The notes: generated from the letters alone by a model not told the origin. Numbered from the stretch's first letter, positions 13,494 through 27,305 are shown. The stretch is DNA of 64,000 nucleotides from Amphiscolops sp. MND2022 (GCA_964187785.1 OZ076409.1:23872001-23936000), one strand, 5' to 3'. Program-made: numbers and translations.

Positions 13494-14826
13494 CGGACAG
13501 ACGAACAGAAATAAGAAACTAATCACTCTTAAAACGAAACAAATTGGGTAAAGTTCACACTTCAGTTCCCATTCACACTTCAGTTGTGGGCATTTTCATC
13601 GAAATGTAAGTACCGAAATTAGTTGAAATTGAAATGATACAGAAGATTGACGTGTTTGCTGTGAATTTTTTTTTGGTGATATGATCGTTGAGAGACTCTC
13701 AAAAAACGGTAGAAAAATTTCTTCGAAGGGGCCTTTCAACATTTCAGGTTTAAAAGACAATTCTTAAGTTCACAAGCCGAGAACAAGGTTAAAAAAGCGA
13801 TTCTCACATATGAAAAGGAACGTTATTGTGAAAAATTTATCAAATACCCAGAATATTCGAAAATCGCTTTTCCTCAACGGAAAACATCAAAATACAATTT
13901 GAAAAATAAATTTTTGGAAAAGTATTTTTTGAAAAAGAGTCTGGAAGTACCGATGAAGGAGCTTTAGGCTTTCTTCAAGAAGAAATTTTTCCTACAGAAA
14001 ACATTAAAAAACGAAAATTGTGTAGAAAAACAGTTTTTTTTAAATCTTCGAAAAGTCGCATTGTGCCGAAAAACAAATCGGACTTCTATGCTCACAAATC
14101 GCTTTCTTTCAGCTAAAGATCAAAAGGTGCAGTTCGGTTGAACAAATCCAGAAAACAAGTAGCAAAGTGTTGAGAAATAACTCAAACGGGAACCATTTCA
14201 TCTCCCCTCTACTTTTGCACGCGATAAAATATCTTAACCAAACTCGAACCCACGTACTCCTGCTTCTCAGACCACAGAAACTCCACGTTAACCTCTATGC
14301 CGTTAGATGTCACAACTTATACTTCTAGAAATGTTTTTAAAGTTGTCAGCTCGCTTGTCTTCGAAAAAAGTCAGGTCTTTTTTTTTTACAGAAAACGCCG
14401 ACCAAAAAAAACATAAAAAACCCCAACTTGATAGTTTCTCGACTTTTTTTAAAAAAAGTCACACAATGCCACAAGTGCCCGAAGGCTTTGACTCAAAACA
14501 TCAAAAAAAGAAGCAAGAAAAATATGCACTGAAAAATATCGTAAGAGTTGCACAGAGTCGGAAAAACTTCAGTGCTTTTTCACGAACTTCTCTCATTTTG
14601 AGAAAAGTGTAACCAGTCCCTTAGTTCTTGAATGGTCAAAAGTTGGTGCCACGCTTGACGCTCAAAAATTGCAAAAGTACTTCCACGGTACCCGAAAAAC
14701 GCAAAGGGGATAGAAATGGCGCGCTAAAATGGGTGACCTTATTGGAAATTCGACTACTTATGCAATATCACTTTTTCTCCCGATCTTTCAATGAAAATTT
14801 AAACTTTCACAAAAACTTTCCATAAG

Positions 14827-17800
14827 TGTTGACGTGGAACTCGAATAAGAATATAAAAGAATGAGAGGATGAAGAATGTATTATGTTGAGAATGAATTGA
14901 AGTGTTTTTTAATCAACGTGTTTTCTCTCAAGGCTCATGTGGCAAGTGATGCTAGCATAGAATTCTAGAGCTAGACTTTTAACAGGTTGTTAATAAATAT
15001 TTACAGATAACACTTCAGTAACCACTACCACATTCCCCGTTTTTGGGAAGTTTGTACAAATTTCAATCCTCAATTTTCGTTCAACAATGTTTTACTAAAA
15101 CAACAACTCAAATTAAAACTGGTAGTACAGTTTACGTTATAGTAAAGTAAGGTTTATCAATCATGTTTCTGTTTTAATCTTCGGGTTGATTATTCTCTTG
15201 AATGAGATCGATTCCGTATCTCTTCGTGGGTATGTGGACTCTTTCTGACGATCTTTTAGCGGCTTCTGATGGCTTTTCCTCCCGTTCCCATTTTGCTGTG
15301 GCTTTTATGGGGAATGATGCAATTCCGGGGTTTTGCACAATTTCCGGCTTCTCATCAGGGATGCTCTTTTTCTCTTCTTCCTTGTTTCTGTTTGGCTCTT
15401 CTTCTGTGCTGGTACTCGCCGTTAGGTCGATAACTGGGGGCCTCATCTCTTCCTCGTTATCAATTTGGACTTCTACTGTGAGCCGGGGTTTTTTCTTTTG
15501 CTTCTTCTTTTTCTCTATTTTGTTTTCTGTGCCTTCTGATTCTGAAGTCGAGTCGATTATTGCTCTTTTCTTCTTTTTCTTTTCAGGCTCGTTTGTCTTT
15601 TGAAATTTTTCTTTTTGTTCGCTAGTTGCAGCGGCCAGGTCCCGTTTTGCGTAGGTTTTTGGTTTCTTTGAACCTTCGGGCAAAAGAGTGATGGTGTGCG
15701 CTGACTCCTTTACCTTTCTCCCTGTCTTTTTGTCGAAAGCGCCTTGCAATTTCGTTCCTCTGGCCCTTTCCCTAACGAGAACTGTTGAATCTAGTTCGTC
15801 CTGGAAGTCCGAGTTGTCGAACTGGAGGTCGAGGTCCTGTTCTGAAATATCCAGAAGTTTTGAGACTAAATTCGATTTTACCGTGTTTGGTTCCCTTCCC
15901 CATTGCTTTTCAAACGGTGTGCTACCATCTTTCTTTTTGCTTATTCGTAGTGCGTACAGAATTTCCGAGAGTCCTGATTGGTCCTTTGTTACTATTATTT
16001 GCTTATTTGTTCGCAAGCGTTCGTTGATCGTTCTTATCAGTCGCTCAATTTTGCCATTTCCCCTGTGGTAACGCACCGGACAGATTATGTGTTCTATTCC
16101 AAATTGCCGACAAAATCGGGCGAATTCTTCGCTTACGACCACCGTGCCAGGGTCTCTTCTTATTTTCTTTGGGACTCCAAATTGCGCGATATAATGTTTC
16201 AAAAATTCAATTACCTTTTTCGTGGTTGGGCATCTTAGGAATTTCGCGTCCGGCCACCCCGAAAAATGATCGATTGACACCAGAAAGTATTTTATTCCTT
16301 CTCTCGCATTTTGAAAGGGTCCCGCAAAATCTAACGCTATTTCCTCATTTTGCTGTTTTGAGTTTGGAATTTTTCCTAGCTCTTTTTGACTTTGAATGCA
16401 TTTTAAATTCTTACCTGCTTCTAAGTATTGGTCACACAGACGGGCTTGATTTATCACCTCACGGTGAATTCGGGGCCACCAAATATCTCCAACCATAGAT
16501 AACATCGCATCGCGACCGGGATGCCCGTAATGAAGGGAGCACATTATCATTGCCCGCATAGATTGGGGAATAACCAAGCAGTTATCCATGTATAAAAAGT
16601 TTCGATCATCCGTGGAAAACGACTGGAATTTTTCTCGCCACGGGGACGGGAGACGGCTTACTGCGGTTTTGTTATAGTTTTTTACTATTGCAATAACGCG
16701 CTGTATGGTTTTGTCTGCAAAGTAGTTAGCTGGCAAAAGCTTTTCATTAAGCAGTTTAATCGCTGAAGTTTCGCTCATGCTTGACTTGCTTGAACTAATT
16801 GCACAATGAATCTTACTTGATTCCCGCGAATTGCGTTTGTCCTGCTTTCTGATTGGCTCGCGTGTTTTGGTCTGATTTTTGCGGTTTATGCTCATTCTTT
16901 CACTCTCGCTTTGTCCGCTCGCTTGCGTCTCGTCTTCTAAAACATCTTTCAAACTAATTACACTATTTTTAGTAAACCATTCATTCCACAGTGCTTCTGC
17001 TTTTATTGATGCTCCTTCTAATTCGGTTGGATGACGCGATAGATAATCTGCCATTCCTAGTGTTCTCCCGGCTACATGCACTACTTCGAATTCAAAGGGT
17101 AGGAATCTATCTACCCATCTGGTTAACCTGCTTGAAAAGGTTTTATTCCCTCTGTTCGGTTTCAAAACTGACATCAACGCTTTGTGATCTGAAATTACTT
17201 TAAAGTGTACACCATATACATAATTTTTAAAATGTTCAACTGCCCATACAATTGCTAATAATTCCAATTCATTTATGGAGTGTTTTGTTTCGAAATCTGT
17301 TAAAAATCGTGAAGCAAAGCAAATTGGTCTCCATTCATTGTTACTTTGTTTTTGTTGTAAAACTGCCCCTAATCCACTTTTGCTTACGTCACAAATTATT
17401 CTGATTTCTTGGTTCCGTTTGAAATGTGATAATTCTACTACATTCTTAATTTCTTTATTAATTTGTACAAATGCTTTTTCATGATTTTCATTCCACTCCC
17501 ACTCTGCATCTTTGTTTGAAATAGATCTAAAAGGAAAACTAATTGAAGCTAAACTAGGTATGAATTTATTAAATTGGTTGACTGCGCCCAGAAATGAGCG
17601 TAATTGTTTTAAATTGGTCGGTCGTAGTTTTTCACTTATGCCCTGGGATTTTGTATTAATTGGGGAAATACCAGTTCGCGTTAATTTGAAGCCTAGCCTC
17701 TCTATGCTGTCTTGAGCAATTATGCATTTTCCCGCCGTTAGCTGCAAATTGGCGTCGTCCAGTATTCTCATGACTTCTCTCACCTTATTTACGTGCTGTT

Positions 17801-20070
17801 GCTTAGTTCCCTTAGTTACAATTGATATATCATCTATGTACACAAATACACTATTTACATTGGCTAGCGTCAAATCCATTAATTTCTGGAATTCAGTTGG
17901 CATTACTGTAAGTCCATAGTATCCGGTAGTAAATCGATATGTGCCAGTTGATTTTCCTCCAACTATCTGAAAGTTACAGTGCCTTTTTGTTAACTCATGT
18001 AGTGGGATCTGCCCGTAGGCATAAGTCATATCTACAGACGAATACCAGGCCTCCCCCTCACTTTTTTTTGCAATTCTTCCGCAATCATGTCTATCAAATT
18101 ATCTAGATTTGGCATCTGGTATTTGTCCTTAGCTATTGACTCATTCAGGGCCCGTCCATCCAGCGCTATTTTCACCGATTTATCCTTTTTAACTGTAATG
18201 ACTGTTGGTTGGATAAACACGTCATCTTGAATTTTGTCTACTTTTTTGGATATGGCCGTCTTTTAACAATTTTTCACTTTCTTTATCTACTTGATCCTGT
18301 AATTGAATAGGAATTCGACGGTCTTTTTGTTGTGAAATTTTCGCATTATCTTTCATATCGATTTTAATTTCGCAATTTTTTACTCGACCTTTTCTTCTGA
18401 ACAAATCTGGAAATTCCCTCATTATTTGTTGAACTTCGGGACTGATACTTTCTTCGGGACTTATCTCATTTATCGCTTTGGCGTCATCCCCCGCTTTAGT
18501 GTTTACTTTACACTCACCTCTTTCTATTGGCTGACTGATTTTGTAGCGTAGAGCAATTAGCCAATCACGGCCAATTATGGACTTTCCGCTGTTTGGTGCT
18601 ACTAGCACCCTTGCCTTCGAGACAGTAACACCTGCAACTTTTGAGCATACGAATTGATAGCCCAATAGATCCAGGGGTTTTTTGTTGTAATCTACGTACC
18701 GCTCGTTGTCTATCATATCCCTGATAACAACTTTTCTTTTACCAATGACTTTTGTCAAATCTCGTTTTGTAAAAATAGATACCGGGGACCCAGTATCGAT
18801 GATAGCTTCAAAATAATTTCCACACATGGTTCCCTCCATGTAGAAAGGCTTGCTTCCATTTCCGTCGATTTGAAGAACTAATTGCTCTTCGTTGCTGTCA
18901 GATTCCTCCTCCTCGCTTTCTTCATCTATATAGTTTACTCTTCGCATTCCTCGAAAGTTACTGCTTCTGGATTTCAGCCTCTGCAGCATTTCTTTTTGAC
19001 GTTGGGGAATTTCTTGTTGCAGCATTTTTCCAAATGCCCTACAATTTTGCAGAATTTACATCGGTTGTTTGTTGCTGTACATTTTTTTATGTGCTCTCGG
19101 GTAAAGTTGGATTCCCCACATCTGAAGCATTCCCTCGGGTTAGATGACTTTTCGATTGCATACACAGGCTCGGTTTTCACCGCAATTTTGGGGTTATCTG
19201 TTGTTTGTAGGCCGTACGATTTTTGTCTTTTCACCCCCTCCTCGAACGCAATTGCAAATTCCAAAGCTTGATCTGGCTCACGGGGTTCGGTGCAAAGTTT
19301 CTCCTGTACTTTTTTATTGTTCATGTGTAGGATGAACATATCTAGTACGAGGGTTTTCGTTATCTCCCCGAAATGGCAAAGACCTGCTAGTCCATTTAGC
19401 GTATGCCAAAATTGTTGAAGCGTCTCGCCAGGTTGCTGCATTCTCGAGAAAAATTTATGCCGATCAAGAGTTCGATTTCTTTTTATCTGGAAACAATCCG
19501 TGGCTAGTTGTATTAGTTCTCTCACCTTTAGATTCCAAAGGGTCGTGTGGGGATATTTGTCTTTGAATAATTTCCTTGCCGCCTCTCCAAGTGACAAGTA
19601 CAGTACGCTAACCACTTTTTTGTTGGCAGGGTCTTCGTCCATATCCCCCAATAAAGCTCGTGCCCTTGGATTCTGCTGATCGGCCTCACGGGTCAGCTCA
19701 GTGATTGAAATTGAGAATTTGGCCATAACGGCCACCAGGAAAAGATCCAACCACTTGTCCCAGTCCATAGTAGGGGTTGAATTGGCCTCATGCCAGTACA
19801 CCGGGAGCCCGACGAGGTGCGATATTGCAGTTGTTGACAATGTTAAGGAGGAAGATATGCTGCTTTCTGCTCGCAGCGCCATGTTGACGTGGAACTCGAA
19901 TAAGAATATAAAAGAATGAGAGGATGAAAAATGTATGAAGTGTTTTTTAATCAACGTGTTTTCTCTCAAGGCTCATGTGGCAAGTGATGCTAGCATAGAA
20001 TTCTAGAGCTAGACTTTTAACAGGTTGTTAATAAATATTTACAGATAACACTTCAGTGACCTCTACCACA
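14827..20070 (-). mobile_element. Full-length Ty3/Gypsy (Mag-clade-like) LTR retrotransposon, 5.2 kb, frameshifted
   Basis: LTRs 19882-20070 (5', 189 bp) and 14827-15032 (3', 206 bp; 17-bp indel plus 3 substitutions). 5-bp TSD ATAAG. PBS TGGCGCTGCGAGCAG (tRNA-Ser); PPT AAAAACGGGGAA. Confidence 0.95.
15174..19883 (-). pseudogene. gag-pro-pol of the 14827-20070 element (broken by about 3 frameshifts)
   Basis: Gag with two CCHC knuckles (CFRCG...H...C; CKFCKIVGHLEKC), protease IIDTGSPVSI, RT YIDD, RNase H, integrase HYGHPG plus DDE core. Frameshifts near 19010, 18225 and 18050. Confidence 0.9.
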
Positions 20071-20442
20071 ATAAGACTTTCATAAAATTTTGCGGTCATT
20101 CTACACCTAGAGGTGCTCCTGCGTCAAAATCGTATGACTGGGATATCAGAAACATAGCCAAAATAATCCCAAAAATGGTCAAAAAACAGTCAGTTTTGGA
20201 CTTTTCTGATTTTCTCAAATACTCTTTGTAGAAGGTATTGTAGAGGAATCTCAATAAATACGTGAAGAAAGAGCATTGCGTCGGGAAAATTTTTCTTTAT
20301 TATTATGTTTTCATTTTATTATTTTTTGTTTTTTTTGTTAATTTTCATGTTCGTTTTTTATTGATTGTTTTGTCGTCTATCAAACTCCAAAGATCATGCT
20401 AGAAGTGTATGGTAACCTTATTGAGCATGTAAAACTTTCCAG

Positions 20443-20923
20443 CATATTCAACTAGTGTATGTAACTTTGTTCTCGAGTAGCTCAACGGATTACTTTTGGG
20501 ATCCATTTTCCATTCTGGAAGTTGTCCGTTGGCGAATCACACTGAATGATAAGTTTGATATGGAGCTGACTCGCCTTGGTGGTTTTAGGGAGTGTCGCAC
20601 ACTAAAAATTTCGGCAATTTGGCCAGCTCTATAACTCCGTACTTGATGGGAGCACAGGCGTACCAGTTGTGTGTCATGAATTTGGAAACATGGGAACCAT
20701 ACCGAAAGTGTCAAGACGTCCAATCTACTGACTTGGTGAACTTGTTGGGTCTCACTCTGGCCTCTGAGTGGAAGGTGTACAGTGACGTAGAAGAGGTCCA
20801 ATGCTTCACAAGTCCCTCTGTGCCCGATATCATCAAGGCCGAGATCATCGATTGTGAACTAGAAGCCAATATCACCTTCGAGATATTTTCCTCCGAAAAT
20901 GGAGTCATTTACCAATTGACCAG
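20443..20923 (+). CDS. FN3-repeat transmembrane protein, first visible exon (5' part disrupted or uncertain)
   Basis: Acceptor tttccag|20443. FN3-like HIQLVYVTLFSSSSTDYFWDP... changes frame near 20588 into GVSHTKNFGNLASSITPYLMGAQAY...CFTSPSVP...YQLT. Donor AG|gtacgt, phase 2. Confidence 0.6.
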
Positions 20924-21288
20924 GTACGTTTGTATTCTCGAGTATGTCATGTATTGATGTGTTCTTAAATAATAATTATTGAGCTAGATTAGTTTCAGGT
21001 TAACAAATCAACAATGAGAGCATTTTTCTCCGCCTCTGGAATCGACAGGAGTGATGAGTTACATATTTCCAGAAGCCCTTGAAATGAGCTTTCATTTGAT
21101 ACATTTCGCATTTCTCAGTCTTAAACAGTGGAGGAGTTATTAGGATTTTCGTCCGATTTTCGGGAGCCAGAATACGTTATCGTAATTTTTCGCCCATTTT
21201 TGCATGTAAATTTGTTTCAACTGGGTGAAGCATTTTGATTAGGAAAACGAGTAAAAATTGTCGTTGTTGGGTGAAATGAGCCTTTATA

Positions 21289-21501
21289 TTGGGTCTCGGC
21301 TGCTTGTACCGAAGGTATAGTGTTTTTTTATAATCTTGGATTTTTCTCGATCGTGATAAGATACGATCTTGGAATAATGTATCATCTTAGTAAGATCTTG
21401 ATAAGAATCTTGCCATGGGTTCCATGGTCGCCAAGATGTAGTAAGAATTTTGTTAGATCTTGCCAAGACAGCCAAGATGCTAGTAAGAGGGTCTACCCGG
21501 G
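21289..21501. mobile_element. MITE end fragment, second copy of 5113-5323
   Basis: Direct sequence match. Confidence 0.6.
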
Positions 21502-21875
21502 GTCCCACAAAGGTCTATAGACAGAAAACACAGTCAGAAAGGTTAGAAAAGACCAAAAATTATCAGAATGAAAACCTGAAGTGGCAATTGAAACCAGAAA
21601 ACTTGAGATGGAGAACTTAGCAGAAAAAAATGAAACGAATTCAATCTTGGATTGTTTCTGAGGTCTTTCGAAAAACCATTCCAGGAAATTAGATTATCCA
21701 GTTCCACGCAGAAATTCTGACTTCACGTGGACAGAAGACTTGGTGGAACACAAAAAACGAAAACAGCAGAGTAAAATTCGATCGAAAAGGATTTGACCGA
21801 TTTTCGAACATCTGAAAAAAGGAATTAGGAACTCGAAAGAATTCAAACTTGCAATTTTAAACAGTTTTTTAACTC

Positions 21876-22039
21876 GGGATAAAAATGAAAACCACCCACG
21901 ATTATGAAACAACAACCGAGAAGCCAAGTTAAAGCCGAAAGAGAAAAAAAATATGTCGGGATAAAAACGAAAGCCACCCACGATTATGAAATAACAACCG
22001 GGAAGCCAATTAAAGCCGAAAGAGAAAGAAGTATGTCGG
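21876..22039. repeat. Tandem duplication, two ~82-bp units
   Basis: gggataaaaa.gaaa.ccacccacgattatgaaa.aacaaccg.gaagccaa..taaagccgaaagagaaa...tatgtc occurs twice. Confidence 0.8.
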
Positions 22040-22171
22040 AAGACATTTTCAAAGTCCATCAACAATCAAGAAAACGAGATGCATGATCAAGGATGATTAG
22101 TTATGATTCGATTGTTTTTTAAAAAAATTGAGTTTATAAAATATTTTATAAACTAGTTATACTGGTTTAAA

Positions 22172-22455
22172 GCTAGTCATACTGGTTGATTTAATTTAAT
22201 CAGAACCATTGGTATCATTCCATGGTTATTTTTATTCCCTGTGATTCAAAAAAATTGTCAAATCATTGAACTTGGGATTTATAGAACAGATTATTAGTTC
22301 GATAATTGGTGATATCACCAATTATCGAACTAATAATCTGTTCTATAAATCCCAAATTCGATGATTTGACAATTTTTTTGAATCACAGGGAATAAAAATA
22401 ACCATGGAATGATACCAATGGTTCTGATTAAATTAAATCAACCAGTATGACTAGC
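22172..22455. repeat. 284-bp spacerless palindrome (142-bp arms, 2 mismatched pairs)
   Basis: Centre GAT|ATC at 22313/22314; arms checked base by base. Confidence 0.95.
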
Positions 22456-23490
22456 CATGCATCGAATGTGATGAAAATAACCGTGGATGATGAGCCTTAA
22501 TTCGAACGAAAGGCCTCGGAAAAGCCATGATCATGAGTGAACAGCCATGAATAAGCAATGTTGGTCAACTCAGCTTGCTAACGTCAGAATGCTACACAGA
22601 AGCAATAGACAAAAAGGCTCTTTTCTGTCCCCCCCCCCCCACCACCACCAAGTTTTTTTTGGAAAATTAGTGACAATCATTTCTGGTAACATTTCTTGTA
22701 ACAAATTTACTTGAATACAAACCAGAAAGCTTCAGTTTTAAATTTATTCACAGGGTGATAGTGTAGGATTCAGATACAAACTTTGTTCACACTTTTACCT
22801 ATGTAGTTACGTATTTTTGAAGAAATCAACAGCTTCCTGTTTTGAGTCATCAATAAACACTTAATACGAGCATGATTATAATCAAAATGTGTGAACAATG
22901 TTTTGTTCAAGCGGAAAACTTCTCTAATAGAAGTTAACTTCCCGTTATGAAAAAAGGTTTTGCTTTTAATTAGGGTAGTCTAAAGTTTTTAAGGAAAGTT
23001 ATTTTCAAAAGTTTTGGCGTGGGGGGGGGGGGGGGGTTCGGGAACATAAAAGAGCCGACAATAATAAAGAAAACAGATATAGCTGTAGGAACGTTTCAGG
23101 CTTCTCCCATCATTTCTATTCGATCTCCCTTTAATTTCTTGGTTGTTTCTTGAATCGGCTGACGCTTATTACCTGGACAGTGTTTTTTCAATCAATTGTT
23201 TTTTCAGTGTGACTCAGTTTCGATCAGGTGCACTTACTGATCGACATCTAATTTTTTGAATATTCAGCAAAACTGGCAATATTAGCATATATGTCATCAA
23301 ATTAAGGTCTACAATTTTTTTTGATCGGGAGAGTAGTGAATGGGGTTTGGATTTTCAATTTCACTATTGCTATTTTCAACAAGTTTTCTTTTGTTTTGTT
23401 TTTTGTTTTTCAAAGCTGGACCGAATCGCAGTAAATAATTATTCGTTTAGATTTAGAAAAAAAATCGACAAACCTCAGATGATTTTTTAG

Positions 23491-23654
23491 AAACGGAGGA
23501 TTGCTTAAAGAGAACCCTTACGCATACTATGTTGACACTCCTCTACAATATGGAAAAGTTTACAACTATGCGATGACTGGATATTACGAGTCGACAACCA
23601 GGGGTGATGACTTCGACCTCGGGGTTCCAGATGATGTTACTCGTGCATGTACAT
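23491..23654 (+). CDS. FN3-repeat TM protein exon (R)NGGLLKENPYAYYVDTPLQYGKVYNYAMTGYY...RACT
   Basis: ttttttag| acceptor, T|gtaggt donor, phases 2/1 compatible with neighbours; FN3 L-x-x-G-x-x-Y motif. Confidence 0.8.
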
Positions 23655-24129
23655 GTAGGTCTTTTTAGGTCTTTTGTTTTCAAAAATGTTTAAAAAATAA
23701 AAAGGTCCCCGGTTGAGCAAGATGGGTTTTTTGCTGTTTCCAATTGAGGAAAAGGTGATTTTCGAGTCTTGTGCGTATCCCTTCGGGTATTTTCTGGCAC
23801 TGTAAAATTATTGAATTTCAACAATAGTGTCCTTTTACATATTTAAAAAACATTAAATTTTTTGAACCTTGTCGTTGAATTCAATCGGAGAGCTTCTATC
23901 CTCTGGGTTTAAATTGGAACCTTGTAAAATTTTAAAAACCATTCATAAGCATAGATGCAAAGGGATTTGCATTTGGAAGATCCATGTAATAAAATGGTCG
24001 ACCTTTTTCGATACTTCAAAAATTTGAAAAAAAAACGAGCAATGAGTGCCCAGACACTTGGTTTGGTTTTTCGAGGAACCATGAGATTTATGGGAACCTA
24101 TCAGACTTTTAACAATTTTCTAGTTTCAA

Positions 24130-25795
24130 CTATACAATTTCCAATTCTATTTCATCAAACTGAATAATCAATTTCATTTTAGTTCAAAACAATTTCATAT
24201 GGTTGAATTCCAATTTCATCCCGGGAGATTTTTTTCATTCTTATGAAAAACATTTTCATTCAGACGAACGTCCGTTCTATTTCATTTTCATGCAAAATGT
24301 TTTCACTCAAACGATTTACATTTTCAAATACAGTTCCAAATTACACATTCAGCATACAATTGTCTCCCAGTGAATGAAAAATTACCAATAAGTTTTTAAT
24401 AATTTGGCAATTTTTCTCTGATAGTTTGGCACAAAAGTAAAATTCTTGAAAATAACTGCAAATTTCAAACTTGATCATTTAAAATTCCAAATAATCTGAC
24501 TAAAGCTTCTTTGTGCTGGCTCCAGACTTGCTAGGTCCACTTTGGCGCTCTTTCGAATGAATGATATTTGTGTTTGTTTTTGTTTTCGTGTTTATCATTG
24601 TCCATTGATTGCAGTGTCAAGCGTTGAGGTCCTTGGTGTTTACACAAAAATTGACCTTCTACAATTCTTATAATTTCTGCAAAACTTCCGGTGCATGTAT
24701 TAGGATTGACTGTAGAACTAAGACCTCGAATTTGCGATAAACCTTGTGGAACTCAAAATTTTCGAGAGGTTATTAGTCATTGATGGACATCTTGAACAAT
24801 GTGGAAAAATAAATAATGACTAGCGTATGCCCTTAATTTAGATTATCAAAGTGGATTTCTAAAACATTACTGTGATTGAGAAATCACCCCCTGGCGATTT
24901 TAGCTCGAGTTTCTCGAATTCGGTTGAAAATTTTGAAAACATCAGAACCAAATCATCAGCTTTAGAATTTCATTTATTTTTCAATATTAATTGTTTTAAA
25001 CGTCTGAGACAAAAATTGAGAAGGTTACAAATAGCTGATTTTGAGCAAAGTTGGGACTTTTCCCGTTTTCCTATCTTTGCTTTTTTTACCTACAGTTTTT
25101 TTGCAATTTTTTTGCTGGATCAACTCCCCAAATCTACCAAAGCTATGGATATAATTGGATTTCGAAAATGGTCAGATGTTTTCAAAATATCAGCCCAATG
25201 AGTAACACTTGAAATTTCGTCGATTTACATGTTTTAAGATAAGAATTTAAGTTTTCGCGGTGAAAAACTGCAATTATTTTTTTCCTTTACAATGTTAACG
25301 AAAAAAATTATGATTAAATTCCAGACAATCTGCAGAAACCGATGAAGATAAAATTGTTAGAAATATTTCCAAAAACCTGCCCAAAAGAGGCAAAATAACT
25401 GAAATGTTCTCTCTGCACCTGAAATTTCACCTGAAGTTCCATTTAAAAGTGAGAGTGAGAGCAAACAAGCTATTTTAATTGGTTGATAACGATGCTCAGC
25501 GCATAGATAAACAATTTCTTGTGCGGTTAGAACTTTGCAGAAACTAACTGCAAACGAAATCGTACTATGGTCCATTTAGGGTGAAACCAATTAGCAAATG
25601 AAAACGAATTGAGAACAATGAAAATGAGTTTTGTCCAAATGAAAGTGTTTTGCGTAACAATGAAATTGAAATTCACTCATATGAAAATGGTTTCATTTCA
25701 TGAAATCGATTTGCATTCAAATGAAAATGTTTTAATTCAATATGAAATTGATTTGCATCCAAATGAAATCGTTTTTCACAATTATGAAATTGGTC
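24130..25795. mobile_element. Possible Foldback-like element (inverted arrays of ~20-bp CAATTTCA / TGAAATTG units at 24130-24325 and 25597-25795)
   Basis: The left array of ATTTCA(T) units mirrors the right array of ATGAAA(T) units; exact ends and TSD not resolved. Confidence 0.4.
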
Positions 25796-26681
25796 TGGAA
25801 ACGTGCCCCTGTGAAATGACCCCAAGAAACTTTAAACTTTCCCACGTTTCAATTTTTGACCAATTTTGTACGGTTTTTGAGAGCTTCAAAAAATAGAACA
25901 TCCAAAGTGTCATCGGCGAACCAGCTAGCTATCCCATACGCTGTTATGAAGAACACGCTCATTTTTTTGCTCAAAAAGTGCTTTAGAAATACCCAACAAA
26001 AACTAAAACTCTTTGACTTTGAAATTTTTTTGACTACTTGAGGCAGGTTTTGTTGGATTTTTGAACGTTTTGAGAACTTCAATCACCCCAAAAATTGAAC
26101 GATGAAGTAAAAAGTCATCAAGCATCTTTTACGACAATAAATTTGGAGTTTATGAACAAAAGCGTGCCTTGAAATGACGCCAATTATCAAGTGGCCATTT
26201 TTGGACATTTTTGGAATGCTTCCCAGAATTGATATCAAGAGAGTTCACGTTGACACAATGCTCAATATGCATTCCATTTGCAACTAACAACAGAAAACAG
26301 ATCTTTTTTGATTAAAAAAAGAAACAAAACATTCAATAAATTACAACCTTTTCAAGTCAGTTCGGAACCATTTTCATAGATTTTCATATGACTTACGAAA
26401 AACAGAAGTGTATTGTTTACCCTTATTTCACAGGATACAGTGAAACATTGGTTTCATTTATACAGCTGCTTTAAGCTAAATATATATTCAGATTGACACT
26501 GAAGATTATGCCCTTTTATTTTTCAAACGAAATATTTAGGTTCCTTGCCGTTTTTTCCGATCATATTAGGTTTTAAACACCATGAAAAACGTTATTCTTA
26601 TTTTTCAATTTGAAGCGAATTAAAATTCTGCGATGCTTAGATTCACAACTCTGTTGTCCGTCAGGCAAAACAAAATCACCG

Positions 26682-27305
26682 AACAAGACGGGAACGTCTA
26701 AATTCGGCGCTATACCTAATGCTCAAAAAGCGCCCAGGACGATTTTATGAAAAACTCACAAAACTGTTTCAAAACATCCAAAGGGTGCCTTTCGTGCTAA
26801 GAAACTGCTTCAAAAGTTCAGATGTAGCCACGTGCTGAGACAAACGCGAGCGCTTTTTTGATCCTACACTTCCTCCTCCTCCTCAGTAAAAAAGCAATAT
26901 AGTTCGGATATAACGTCAAAAATTCGGATATGGAGCAAATTGTTCAAACACCCACTTGCAAAACTTGGACGATATTGGAAAAAAAGTTGGTGGATATATT
27001 TTGAGAAAACCTAATTCAAAGCCAACAATAAGAATTTTGGAACAGTCTCGTGATCCCGAAAAAAATTGAAAGGAGGGCCCTATAGTCTTGTTCGATTATG
27101 CATTTTACGTTTAAAAAATGGGAGTTGACCTTTTGCACTGACTTCGATGCGTTTTCGTTGGCCATACCTTGCCGGTACAATAGTCTAGTAGTTTTTGTAG
27201 CTCTGTAAATTGTCTCTACTACGCATACATTCCGCTATCTGACGAAAAAATCTAGTAACTGTTATAGTCGGGCATTTTCCTAAAGAGAAGATTCGCCGAC
27301 TAAAA
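26682..27305 (-). mobile_element. HINE-like element copy
   Basis: Starts AACAAGACGGGAACG, ends AGTCGGGC...CGCCGACTAAAA. Confidence 0.6.

Noticed and set aside
15202..17919. Plus-strand ORFs overlapping the minus-strand pol
   Set aside because: Antisense shadows of the pol ORF.
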